This document shows positions 1-11,800 of a stretch of DNA of 64,000 bases, piece by piece. The notes beneath the pieces were generated by a model. The model did no database searches. It was not told the DNA's origin and saw only the letters and a list, made by a program, of their open reading frames with translations. Within the stretch, counting starts at the first letter, position 1, and each line of letters begins with the position of its first letter. The DNA comes from Blasia pusilla (lineage: Eukaryota): the NCBI GenBank assembly GCA_050084515.1, contig CM114271.1, positions 15,810,001 to 15,874,000 of the forward strand, in the 5' to 3' direction. The position numbers and the translations under genes were made by a program.

Positions 1-2074
1 GCAATTCCTTTTAAGAGGCAGTCCTATCCGTCGGCCCCCGATTTTAAGGTTTCTCGTCTTCGAGGAATAATGAACTTCCATAAAAACGCTTGATGGAAAA
101 CCCATCAGAGATTAAAAAACCCGGCCCTGAAAAGAAAGAAGGGGCCTTTCTCGTGTTGGAGGAACGATATCATGGGACGTATCCGCCACGGGTTCATAGA
201 ACCCAGTTTCGAAATAATCATCCCCCTTTTGCAAGTGCATATTATGATCGGCCCCTAAAAGGTGAATTCTATTCAATCACCCCCTAATCTGTCGGTGGTA
301 AACTCAATCACCCTCCAATCGGCTTATTCCCGTCCGCGTACATTTGGCTATCGTAAGCCATTCTTAAACTGAATTATTGCACGCTACAAGGGGAGTATGG
401 TTTGATTCAAAATATGCACTATGGAAACCGTCGGGACGTTCTTATTCTCTCCTTCCATTGTTGCGGATAAAATGGAAAAAACTTCGCTATAGATGATACT
501 TGCGGATAGGACTGCCATGCACATGACTGGATGAGACGGGTTTGTTTTAAATCAGTTAAATGTGATTAATTAATTAGATAGGACAAGTGTTATAATAGGA
601 GGCCACCTTAAAAGACCAGTCAACTTGTAGCCAATGTCCGGGGAGAACCGGGGTTACGTGTTGAGCTGGCTGGAAGAATTTGAGAATTTCCGATTCAGTT
701 CGTTACTTACCGGCCAAAAAAGAGGGTTCATGGAGGGTGTCCTTCGTATCCGTGTCTATTTAGCCGGCTGGAATGAAGAAAACTTCGAAAAATGCCTCTT
801 GGATTTGTAGAGACCGAAAACGTACCGGTTGTCACGAAAAAACTCCCTAGACCCTACTTGTAGCATGATAATCGTTGAGATGCATGTCTCTAAGGATAAT
901 ATAGGTTCTTCTCAGTTTTCAAACCAGGATATCTATATTGTAATTTGATTTGAGGAGGGGGTATTACTTTATTTAATAGCTCCCTTCCCAAAGAAGTGAA
1001 GCCCTCCTTTAAAAGGAAGTCTCTTTTAAAATAGCATGAACACTTGAAAATAGTGGATGAAATCCACTATCCAAAACTTCGGTAAATAAATCAATGATGA
1101 TGCTCGCCAATCTTTTTTTACGTCTCAAACTTGGTAAATAACCTCTCCTATAATATGTTTTCCAATTCAGTAGTAGTCCAAAGTTCATTCGTACATCGCA
1201 CGGGCACCAGCTAGTAAATATTATTTCAAAATCGTCAAGTGCAAGGAACATGTTGTGCACCTATGTGTGTTCACCTTGACGAGCCTCATAAAAAACTAAC
1301 CCACTTATACAAAATCAAGTGAAGAGGTACCGAACATTAGTGTTCAATTCTAATGGTTAACCATGCTTAAAATATGGGCCCCAGCTCTTGCAAACCATGT
1401 CCGTAGACATGTCCAAACTTGTCTTTCCATATCCGTTCTAGGGACAGACTTGTCTAGTGTTTTGCAACCATGTTTCATTTTCCTTTCCCATCTCATCTAT
1501 CTTTATGATCCCTTTCGGACCTCTCCCCTTCATTTCATTTCCATCCCCTTCTCTCTGTGATGTGAGTGTTTGGAGATGTGTCACCACATCTCCAAACGTA
1601 CTCTATCTTGTCTCTTCTCTATCAAGTTACTTACATCACATAGAGAAGGGGATGGAAATGTAACCAAGTGGAGAGGGATCATGAAGATACATGAGATGGA
1701 AAAGGAAAATGAAACATGGTTGCAAACTGGGAAGTCATTTATAATTTTTTAGTGAATAATAATGCACAAATATCGTGAGTATTTAAGGTGGTTTCTCCGA
1801 GTTTAAATTTTATATCTCTCCTCCAAAAGAAATTTCTTAAAGAACACCCAATTTTGACATATTTTTGTATAATTTTTTCATATTTCCTTCATAATTCTCA
1901 AATTTTACAATCTGATTTTACAAGAAAATACAGATTATTATGCCTAACCATTTTCCTCTTAAAAAAAAACTAATTCTTTCCCAAACTAAAGTATCAGTCA
2001 TGAGTTGGCAAGAAACCTCACATGTCATGAGTTGACATGAAACCCTAAACATCTGATTTTTTTTTTTAAAACAA

Positions 2075-2499
2075 GGCATGGATCTAGCGGATCTTAGTTG
2101 AAATCTTGATCTTCCGGACCAAGATTTCGGTCTAGTGGACCCAACTCTGGTCTGCTGGATGAAAATTTTGTAGGCCTTGAGCCCGCGCGTGCTTGCTTGG
2201 AACCCCTCAGCTGCCCACGCCCTGCCTGCGTCTGCCCGCTTGGAGCCCGCCCTTGCCCACGCCTACCCGCCTAGAGTCCGCACCTGCCCGCCTAGAGCCC
2301 GTGCCTACCTAGAGCCCGCGCCTGCCCGCACTTGCCCGCCTGGAACCTGACCTACGGGCCATGCAACGGGTGCGGGCTCCATGAGCCGGGGTCTACGTGG
2401 CGGGCTCTGATGCAGGCTTAGGGTGGGCCCGGGTGCGGTCCGGGCATGTCCGGACACATCCATCCCATGGACGGACATGTTCGTTTCCGTGCAACCTTA
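2075..2499. mobile_element. hAT-type MITE of the same family; left end unclear
   Basis: The right end ggacatgttcgtttccgtgcaacctta matches the other copies. The body is GC-rich with repeated gcccgcc. Confidence 0.6.
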
Positions 2500-5400
2500 C
2501 CGGTAGACACGTTTCTTTAACCAATTTTATTTATACTATGTTGAAATTATATTTTACTGGTTGCTTCTTCTCTGAAATGTGGCCTTGGATTCCATTCCCA
2601 TACACCATGGATTCAATAGGGCCACTTACTTCCTTTTCACGGAGAAGAAGTTCGGGGAGGGAAGAAATTGCCGTTGGGCTGGACAGCAATTTCTTCCCTT
2701 CCCGAACAAAAACCCTAGAAAAAAAAGTAAAAAAATTCATATAGTCCGAAAGAAGACAAAAATATCTTTGGGACGTCCCAAGAAAACGCCTTTACACAAA
2801 CGACACACCTGTTTAGATACCCGTTGGAAGAAACGGGGATTCGTTGCGGCTAGAGTTCCCGTGGGCCTACGAACTTGGAAGTGAGTGGCCCTAATAGGGC
2901 CACTCACTGCCGGAGTTGGGAGGCCCCCGGGAGTCGTGGCAACGGCCAACGCCCGTTTGAAGAAACGGGTACCTACACACGGTTCCCGTTTCTGGGAACG
3001 GAAATTTTTAGGGACGTCCGAAAGAAATTTTTGTCCTCTTTCGGACGATACCAATTTTTAAATTATTGTTTATAAAAAATTTATCATTATTATTCAATAA
3101 AGTCCATTCGTGTGGACTACACGGGAATTTCCTCAGTCCCCATATTTGTTCCCCGTCTGGAGGAAATGAGTGGCCCTAATATACTGAACGTCGGGGGAAA
3201 ACCGGCGTTACGCTGGCCGGTAGAATTTGAGAATTTCCGAATCAGGTCGTCAGGTACCGGCCAAAAACCGAGGGCTCAGGAGGGTGTCCTTCGTATTCGT
3301 ATCTGTTTAACCGGAAATGTACAGGTTGTCACGAAAAAACTCCCCGGACCCTGAATATACTTTCAATGGGTTCTAAAGATCTTTTATTTATTCATGTCCG
3401 ACATCCACCAAAAACACTACCCGGCTTGCAGTAGATAGGGGCAGTTTACAACTGCGGATTTGGGGTCTGGATGAGTGAGTCCAAGTTTGGTATTAGGGCG
3501 GTTGAGGCGCGTGTTCCGAAAAGAGGTGTGATTAAATCTACTTTTGTTTTGCTATACCAGGCTGAAGTTTGAATGCTACGAGCGAACCGTAGTTGGGCAG
3601 CTGTAAATTCCTGGGCTTCGCTCGCACCCATTCGATGAAAACTGGGACTGCACGGAAGGCGATGGCCGGGACACCTTATGGTGTCTCAGCCATTGCGATC
3701 GACCCACTTCCGAAATTCCGAACCAATATGGTGCGGCCTCCGGAGGCGGGGCGGGAGTGGTATTCCTCGGGGAGTCAGGGTCCCTAACACGGCCTAAACG
3801 TTACGCGGTCGAGTAGAAGCTGCTTAGGAAGAAAGAAGGTAAACTTCCATAAAACGCTCGATGGAAAACCCATCAAGAGATACGAAGGAGGAGGCGGGGC
3901 ATAGAGAGCCAAAAACCGGCCCTGAAAAGAAAGAAGGGGACCTTCCCCCTGTCGACTTTGGACAGGAACCTAATCAGATAATGCCAAAATTAGATATGTC
4001 CGTTTCTGCCGCGGTGCATCGCCTCTTGTTGGCCGGTAATTTATCATTTGCGTACCTACTTGTATTCCATTCCTGCACCCTTTGAAGAAGCAATGGTGAC
4101 GCCGATACCCACGGGAGCGAGACGGCACTCAACATCGCGTTCGCTAGTCCGACCAATGTGTTGATCCAGCTCTGTACAGACACATCAACGGCTCCTGCGT
4201 TTGGAATGTTATGCCAACTCCAGGACCTGCCATATCATTCCAAATCGAGGAACATACCCGACGCACGCCTTCGGGCATCTGGAATGAACGCGCCACCATC
4301 TGTCCGTACATAGTTTTGTCGATCTCACCGCAGTAGGTACGACCCGACTATGCTGGCACCATTACTGCTGCTCCTACATGTAGTATCTGCCTACTGGGTC
4401 TACTAAGAGTTTCTCTCTCTAGAGCAGACGCTCTTTCTTCCTGTCCCCTGGCCATATTGTACTGTACCAGCTAGCTCGTGACGGGCACTACCGTAATCGC
4501 GGAATCTCTCACTGCATATCATCTCGTGGTCGCCAGGGTAAATCGTCAGAGCTATTCACGCCGGTCATTTGTATCGGACTGGGATCAAACATCCGCACGA
4601 CTGAGTTACCTCCAATGCCTTCATTTAAGTTCTTGTTACAATCTGAAATATAAAAGTGAGGTTAAGAAAATAGCACTGGAATAAAGAAAGGTTCGACACT
4701 TCCACCCGGCGAAACGGACAGACAATTAATCCCCATGCACTTCGGAACAAATTTCTTAGTGGTTCTCATGTGGAACTCCCTTCCTTAATGTACCTGCCTC
4801 GATACTTTCTTTTCCCACCTGGCCTATTGAGTGTGCCACATAGTTTCCGTGTGTGTGGGATACTGATAATGTGCATATTTTTCTGATAGATATAGTTTTA
4901 GGTTTCTATGTTTGAATTAGAAATTTGATATTGGGCAAACTGTTTTCCCATCTTATTAAAAAAATCAATATTATTCGTCATATGTAAAACATGGAAAATT
5001 TTGAAATTCTCTAAGAAAAAATTTCTATATTGAAAAATATAATTCATGGGAAGACCAAAAATATCACTTTCTACATTTTTCTTGAATTGCAAGATTTATT
5101 TTTAACTTTCTAATTTTTTTATCTCTTTACAAATTTCCCTACAAACATTGGGAGATTTTTTACATTTTATAACTTGAAGGAAATGAAAACCTTAAGAAGA
5201 ATAAATTGAGATGATTCAAAAAAAACACCCAGACCTACACTAAAATTTTTCAATGCATATAACTTTAAAAATAATAATTGAGAGAAAATTTATAAAGAAA
5301 GAAAAATACAACTCCTACAAGAATTGTGAAACTCGAGAACAAATCAAACCTTCCCTCCCCTCTCCCACCAGCACATGTCCCCTCCCCGCTCTCATGTGTA

Positions 5401-8014
5401 CTCCCCTTTCTCCTTCCCTCTAAAATTTAAGTCCCTCCCTTCAAATTTTCAAACTTTAACAATAGAAAGGTCCTAAGAGAACAAGTGTCAACAATAGAAG
5501 GGTAGCATTTGAAAATCCCTCCTTTGTTAATAGTATAGAGGAAGTTCTTTAGTACCCTTATATACAATATAACTTGACCGGTTGTCTGATATAACCATGT
5601 GATACAAAGGGTCAAGGCCTCTTGAGCAAAAAAATTTCCCTAAGAACCATCATATCATAATTTTATTGGAGAGAGCCTTGTTATATTTGCAAACTCTTAT
5701 CTGCTTGACATATGGCACATGGGCAACAAGAAAAAAATTTCTATACTACGGCCAACAAGAAAAAACAAATTTAATTAGTCCCTTCCTTCTAGTGTATGGC
5801 ATGGGATGTGCACTAGTATCCGTTACAATAGTTGCATGGGAAGCATCTTGAGAATAAAATTTGAAATTTTGGGAATGGAGAAAGAAGATAGCACCAAAAA
5901 TAACTTGTGATAAGGAAAAACATAAGTTTTGGAAAAATATAGGGCTTTTGCGAACAAGATTTTTTTTTCATATCTAAATTTGTGGACATAGAGAAATAAT
6001 CTTTTATCGTGAAGTATTATTTTTCTATAGTCATATTAAGTTCTTCTATTAAGAAAACCCTAAGAAAAACCATACATTAGGGCTTAGGGTCTAGGCCAGA
6101 AATCAAGGTTCCATATGGATATAGTCCATATGTGCGAACATGTCCATGCCTATGGACTAACATCCATCCTATGGAAGAACTTGTCCATATAGACCCCACT
6201 TTCCCCTTCTTTCTCATTCCCCCCACTTGCCTTTGTGTTCCATAATCTCTTGTTTCTTCCTCCTCCCACCTCCATTCCTTCCCCCTGTATTTCCGCACTC
6301 GCACACGCCCTTGCCCTGCCTTCCATCATGAACTATAAAGTGTAGATCCCACCTCTTATAATCGATGTCCGTGGACATATCTAGACTTGTCCATCCATGT
6401 CCGTCTTAGAGATAGACTTGTCAATTTTTGTGCAATCATGCCCAAAATCCCAAGCGAAATCCTAGACATTACCTTTAGGATGTCAAAAAGAAGCTAAGTT
6501 TAGGGTATAGAGTTTACTTGCAACCAAGGTTCACTCAAAGGTTTAAACCACAATTTTCAAAAAAAATTGGAAAATTTTTCCATATATTAGGATGTCAATT
6601 TTATTTCGAGCATCATTATCTATAGTGGGCAATGCATCGGGATGTGGAGCGTAAGTCGGGCGTTGAAAGGGATTTTAGTTCAAGGCGCTAAATTTTTTAA
6701 CAAAAAACCTAGATACCAGCCAATGAAATTTGACAATGGTGTCAATGGCAGTCTAATCGGGCAAAAAGGGGAAAGAGTCAGAGATGTAGTTTCGCAAATG
6801 CTTGAGTTTTCCTTATCTGATGTAGTTGCAATTGAAGACCTTGGTTGATTTATGGATGGAAAATATAGACGGGAAGACGAATGTTCCTCGTTGGAAGGCA
6901 AGAGAATGAAGATATAAGCCGCATGCATACATCTACGGGTTCCATACACGAGGCTCTAATAAGATTAGATAATAATCCTATCACTCATTGTAACACTTCT
7001 AGTATGCCATAATAGTAATTGGCAAGTCCTATACGTAACAATTCAAATACCATAACTTCTATATTACTATCACATAACACAATGAGAAACTCATTATTAA
7101 AAGGAGAGATAGTGGACTATAATTTGATTTTGGGAAGGGATACTTTGGCTTCATTATGACAAAACAAAAATCATGAGGATCTCCATCAGAAGTTTGCGCT
7201 TGCCTCTATTATATCTAGATGGTTATTCAAATGTGTAAAGAATCATCATTTCCAAGAGGCTTTAAGGAAAATTGCTAGATTAATTGGAAGTTGCATACTC
7301 TGGATCCAATCTAGATCAAATGTGATATTAGAATCTACGTTGGTACAAGGCCCATGTTGAAAAAACATATGAAAATGATGAAGGTGATAAGGAAGAAGTA
7401 CATGTATATGATTTCTAGCGACGGTTTTAATTACCAATTGCCAAGGAAAGCCCCTTACGAATAATTTGGTAGCATTCATGGGAGGTGAATATTTCATTGA
7501 GGCTATAAATGCCTTGGATATGATTAAGAATGCAAGATGGATAACGAGAATCATGATTGGGCATATCAACGAAATGGACCCCAAAATTTCATTCAATTTG
7601 TGAAAGGGAATGCATCAATTTGTAAGTTTGCAAGTTCTTTTTTACTCAAGCTCATCCTCATATTTTATGGGTTGGTTTTGTAGCTTATGGGTTGGATTTG
7701 GTTTGTGAAGATAGGGGGATAATTGGATGTTTTCAACCATATCTTCTCATTTTTGTAATATGGTTAAATTCATCAAGAATCATCATGCTACCGATTGCAT
7801 CAAGAAGTTTCCTTTTCCATAGATTCATTCACGAACAACATAGGAATTGACTAAAATCTTCCACTGCAAATGATTTAGTCTATGTATATCACAATGATTG
7901 CATGAACAGTCAAGCATCTAAGTTTTGTACTCGGTGCGTTCGTGACTTGAACAAGTACTATAGATCAAGAGACCTATAACAGTTGTTATGAAAATATCAC
8001 GGTGAGAAGTATGG

Positions 8015-8318
8015 TGTCGTACGCATACATATTGCTACACAACATACATCGCTATCACCAAACATACACACAAACACGCACGATCCCATGCTGACTCATG
8101 GCATCCAAACAACGAGACAAGAAGTACCAAAATATCTCCAATAAATCAATGAAATCTCACATCAACATCTCACACCAAGCTTTCCATGGTGTGCACTCTC
8201 TCTCATGTCAAACCAAACCCACTCCTAATGAGAGGCTCGGGTTACACACACAAGGCAAGGAAGACCATAGCTCCGCCGCCTCATGCCAAGAGGTTCAACA
8301 AAGAGATAATGAGCTCTA

Positions 8319-8406
<88 letters not shown>

Positions 8407-8719
8407 GAAGTATACACCCTTCCTTCTCCCAAGCTCTCTCCTCGGTAACCTATGCTCGTAGGTCACCTCCTTGTCTCTTGACCTGTTGTAGCGGGTAAGG
8501 GCTACTTCCTAAAGTGGAAAGTCAACTATACCAAAAAGGGTAACTTGCTTGAAATAGTAAGTTCCTCAATATGGCTCCAAATGAGCTCAAACGAGGGGGA
8601 AACCTGCTCTCGAAAGTTATCCGTGGCCTCAAAAGGTCATCCTAGACCTCTTGAGGCTGTCTTCCAATATCTCCAAAGGCTCTACTACATCTCGCCGATC
8701 TATCCTAAAAGATGTGACA
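8015..8719 (-). mobile_element. Solo terminal repeat (A+B) of the DNMT-Gypsy family
   Basis: Reverse complement of 42924-43564, with TG...CA ends. ATGG lies directly on both sides (8011-8014 and 8720-8723). It contains an expanded (CT)n tract. Confidence 0.88.
8322..8403. repeat. (CT)n microsatellite
   Basis: Read directly from the sequence. Confidence 0.98.
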
Positions 8720-8729
8720 ATGGCATGGG

Positions 8730-11700
8730 AAGTTTAGAAGAGGAATGGATGGTTGGACAAATGAGACCACACTCGAGGAGCATATGCTTGAGACCACTAT
8801 CACTAATCAACAAAGGTAAAGGGGATTTCAGTTCAATAATGACTCATAAGAGGGTGATGTTGAGGATCATGAGACTCCTCCCCCCAAAGGTTCTGGACGT
8901 GATAATTTGGAAGATGGCATTGGGAACCATGAGGCATGGTTGTCTCATCTTGATAGTGATGACAATGATACATCCGGTAAGGAAATATATGAGGATGATT
9001 GCAATGATGTTGGATGTGGTGAGTATATTGGATCACCTGCTCATACTCCATGCTTATGGTGTATGAAATGTTTTCAATCTAAGGTATTCAGGTCGACTTA
9101 TGATGGAGTCTAGAGGCCATTCCTAATCATATAAGATGCCATCTTAGATCTATGGAAGCGATTGCCACTCGAGATGATATATCACTATTGGAATTGGCCA
9201 ATAGGATGGGCTCGCGTCCACAAGGAAAGGTTGGCCACTTTGGTGGTTTTTGCGAGATCCCATGCTTTTCATTAGGGAGGCTATGACCAAGGATGATATA
9301 GGGTGGAGAAGGCACATACACTGGTGGAGCATAATGCCAATAAGCAAGAGCAGGCTATGGGGTTACAAATAGAATAGCGATGCCTATTAAGTTAGAGGCA
9401 TTATAGAGATAGGTATTGGGTCAAGCTATGGATCTGAATTTTCTTACTTGTGTGTTCAATTTGGGTTGGGTTGAGTAAATATGGACGTCAAAGAAATTTT
9501 GTGACTTCACATCCATTTTGTAGTCCAATATCTACCAAGGTGGGTGAGACATTGGCTGGGTGGTTGATGATAATAGAGAGCCATCCATGAACTTTATGGG
9601 ACCTAATATAAGAGTGGAGAGAGATGATTGAAAAATATGGCGACAGATCATTATGATTTTTGATATATATCATAGTGCCCATAAAGTTTGTGCTCAAGAT
9701 GACTAATAATCTAGAGGTTCTTAACTCTTGAGTAGAAACCAACATTCTTGTTGTAAAGTTCAACCTCTACTCCTCCTTGCTTCACCCTAAACCATTTCCA
9801 ACCTTTAGCTTTTTGCGCAAGTCTTGGGTTGAGTCTCAAAGAATCAACCAGTTGCGTGTTTTGTAGGTAGGCGAGAAAATTGAAGCAGCCAAGCACTAAT
9901 TAAGTCCGAGTCTCCCCAAGTATGTACCATATCCCTATGGAGCCTCTTGCCCAAACTTTGAAAAATTTTCACAAGTTGCTTGCCTATACTAGAGCATGTT
10001 GATCGGTTATTTCCTCAAGATGTGTCTCGAATGCTTCCTTAGCTCAAACCTGAAATATGGCCAAACCCGGGTCATGGTTAATTCCTTGAACCTAGACTTG
10101 AGCGGGTAGGGAGGGAGAGGGTTCTCCGTATAGGTACTAATGGGATTATCCATGGGAATCCCACCTTCCCCATTATCCACCATATGCCTTGATCTTGGCC
10201 CAAAACCCAAAGTTTAAGGTGGTTCAAGAACCGCATACTTGCATTTGACTATATTCCCCTCCAAAAATGGTTTGGCATAGTCTTCCTACAAATTCTAGAA
10301 CTTCCAACTCCCCAAATGCATCTTGGAGCTTGGACTTGAATTTTATGCGCATGATGACTAGTGCCCATTTTGACTCTTGCCTTTTGACATCTCATGGTTG
10401 TCTTACCATCCTTCGCGTTTTGTGACTAGTATCATGGCATCTAGCCCATCTTGACTACTCTCGCGGTGGAGTCTTGCCCTTGACTTGGATTTTGGCTTAA
10501 AGATCTCATACCTTGCTTTCCTTGCCCTTATCCGCGTGAGTAGCTACGTCCCTTTTTTTACATAAGGCTAGTTTCAAGGCATGTGTCTGTCTCTCCTAGC
10601 ATTAGTCCCATAGTTGATCAGTTCCACCACCATTCTTAGTCTCAAACTGGCTAGTCTAGGCTCAAACTTTGATGGGTCATCCTAAGGTCTCTCCTCCTTG
10701 GACCCGCAATTGTGACTCGCTTCTTATGTGACGGCTAGCTCCGTGAATTGCAACAATCCTCCTATTCTATAGATGAGACAAGAGAGATTTGAATTGGGAA
10801 TTTTTCGGTTGGTCCTATGTTAACAAGAGAGGAAAGGAGACGCACTTCATTGTTCGTATGGAGTTAAAAGGATTTTTTTGCTTTTATCATGCATGACCTG
10901 ATTATTGTGAAGGGTCCATATATTTAGATTCAGTTGGTTGATGATATGGTTGGTGGATCCAATGATCCATGGGCGGATGTGTCGAGATCATCATTCTATC
11001 AATCCACATACGAAAGCCTTGCCTAATCCTAAAGAGATCTTTAATGTGATAGGACATGCAAAGGTCTATTGTACTTTGGATCTTTGCATTGGTTAGAACT
11101 TGTTACTTATCTATGTAAAGGATATGAAGAAGGCAACGTTTTAAGGGATCAACCCCTTAGGGAAGGATTTTTTTTACCATTGGAAATTCTTACTATTTGG
11201 GTTGAAGAACATTCCAGGACCTATACTATTTCAACGTATTATGAATAGGATTCTAGAAGGTTTGGATTTTGCAAGGTATTACATGGATGATTTCATAGTC
11301 CTTCGTTCCACGGTTGAGGAACAAGAGTGACATTTGGAAGAGATGTTTCATAGATAATAGGTACATGGGTTAAAGTTACATCTAAGCAAGTGAAAGTTCT
11401 ATCATGATCAAACTGAGTTCCTTAGACATATTTATTTGTCGAAGGGATATTGAAGTCTGGGAGAGAAAGACGGAGGCTAGCTATAATGCACTCTCCATCC
11501 TAGAAATCCGGATCAAGTTTAAGCTTTCATGGAACATGCACCTAATATCAATGGTAAGTGAAGGGATTTAGTGTGATCCTCAAACTTTACCATTTATGCT
11601 TGACTAGGGGTCTTTGTGGGGAGAGAAATTAAGAGAGAACATTTAAGAAGCTCAAGGAAAGTTCACATCCTCAATGCTCCTTACCCACTTTGCGGAGACC

Positions 11701-11800
11701 TATGTCTACTCATCCATTCCATTTACGTACCACTTGGAATATGTGGGACCTAGGAGTGGTGCTTATCTAAAGGGATGAGGAGTATGGAGTAGCATACATC
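8730..11800 (+). mobile_element. Old, heavily degraded copy of the DNMT-Gypsy family (MTase motifs VIII-X, then RT/RNase H), interrupted by a solo LTR
   Basis: 9000-9065 aligns with MTase motif VIII at 38830-38895. 9416-9437 (ttgggtcaagctatggatctg) encodes LGQAMD. 10900-11770 aligns with the RT at 39850-40700. Confidence 0.7.
9749..10755. mobile_element. Solo LTR (~1 kb) of a different family
   Basis: TGTTGTAA...TTGCAACA ends with a 5-bp TSD attct/atcct. It is homologous to 55395-56165. Confidence 0.8.
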
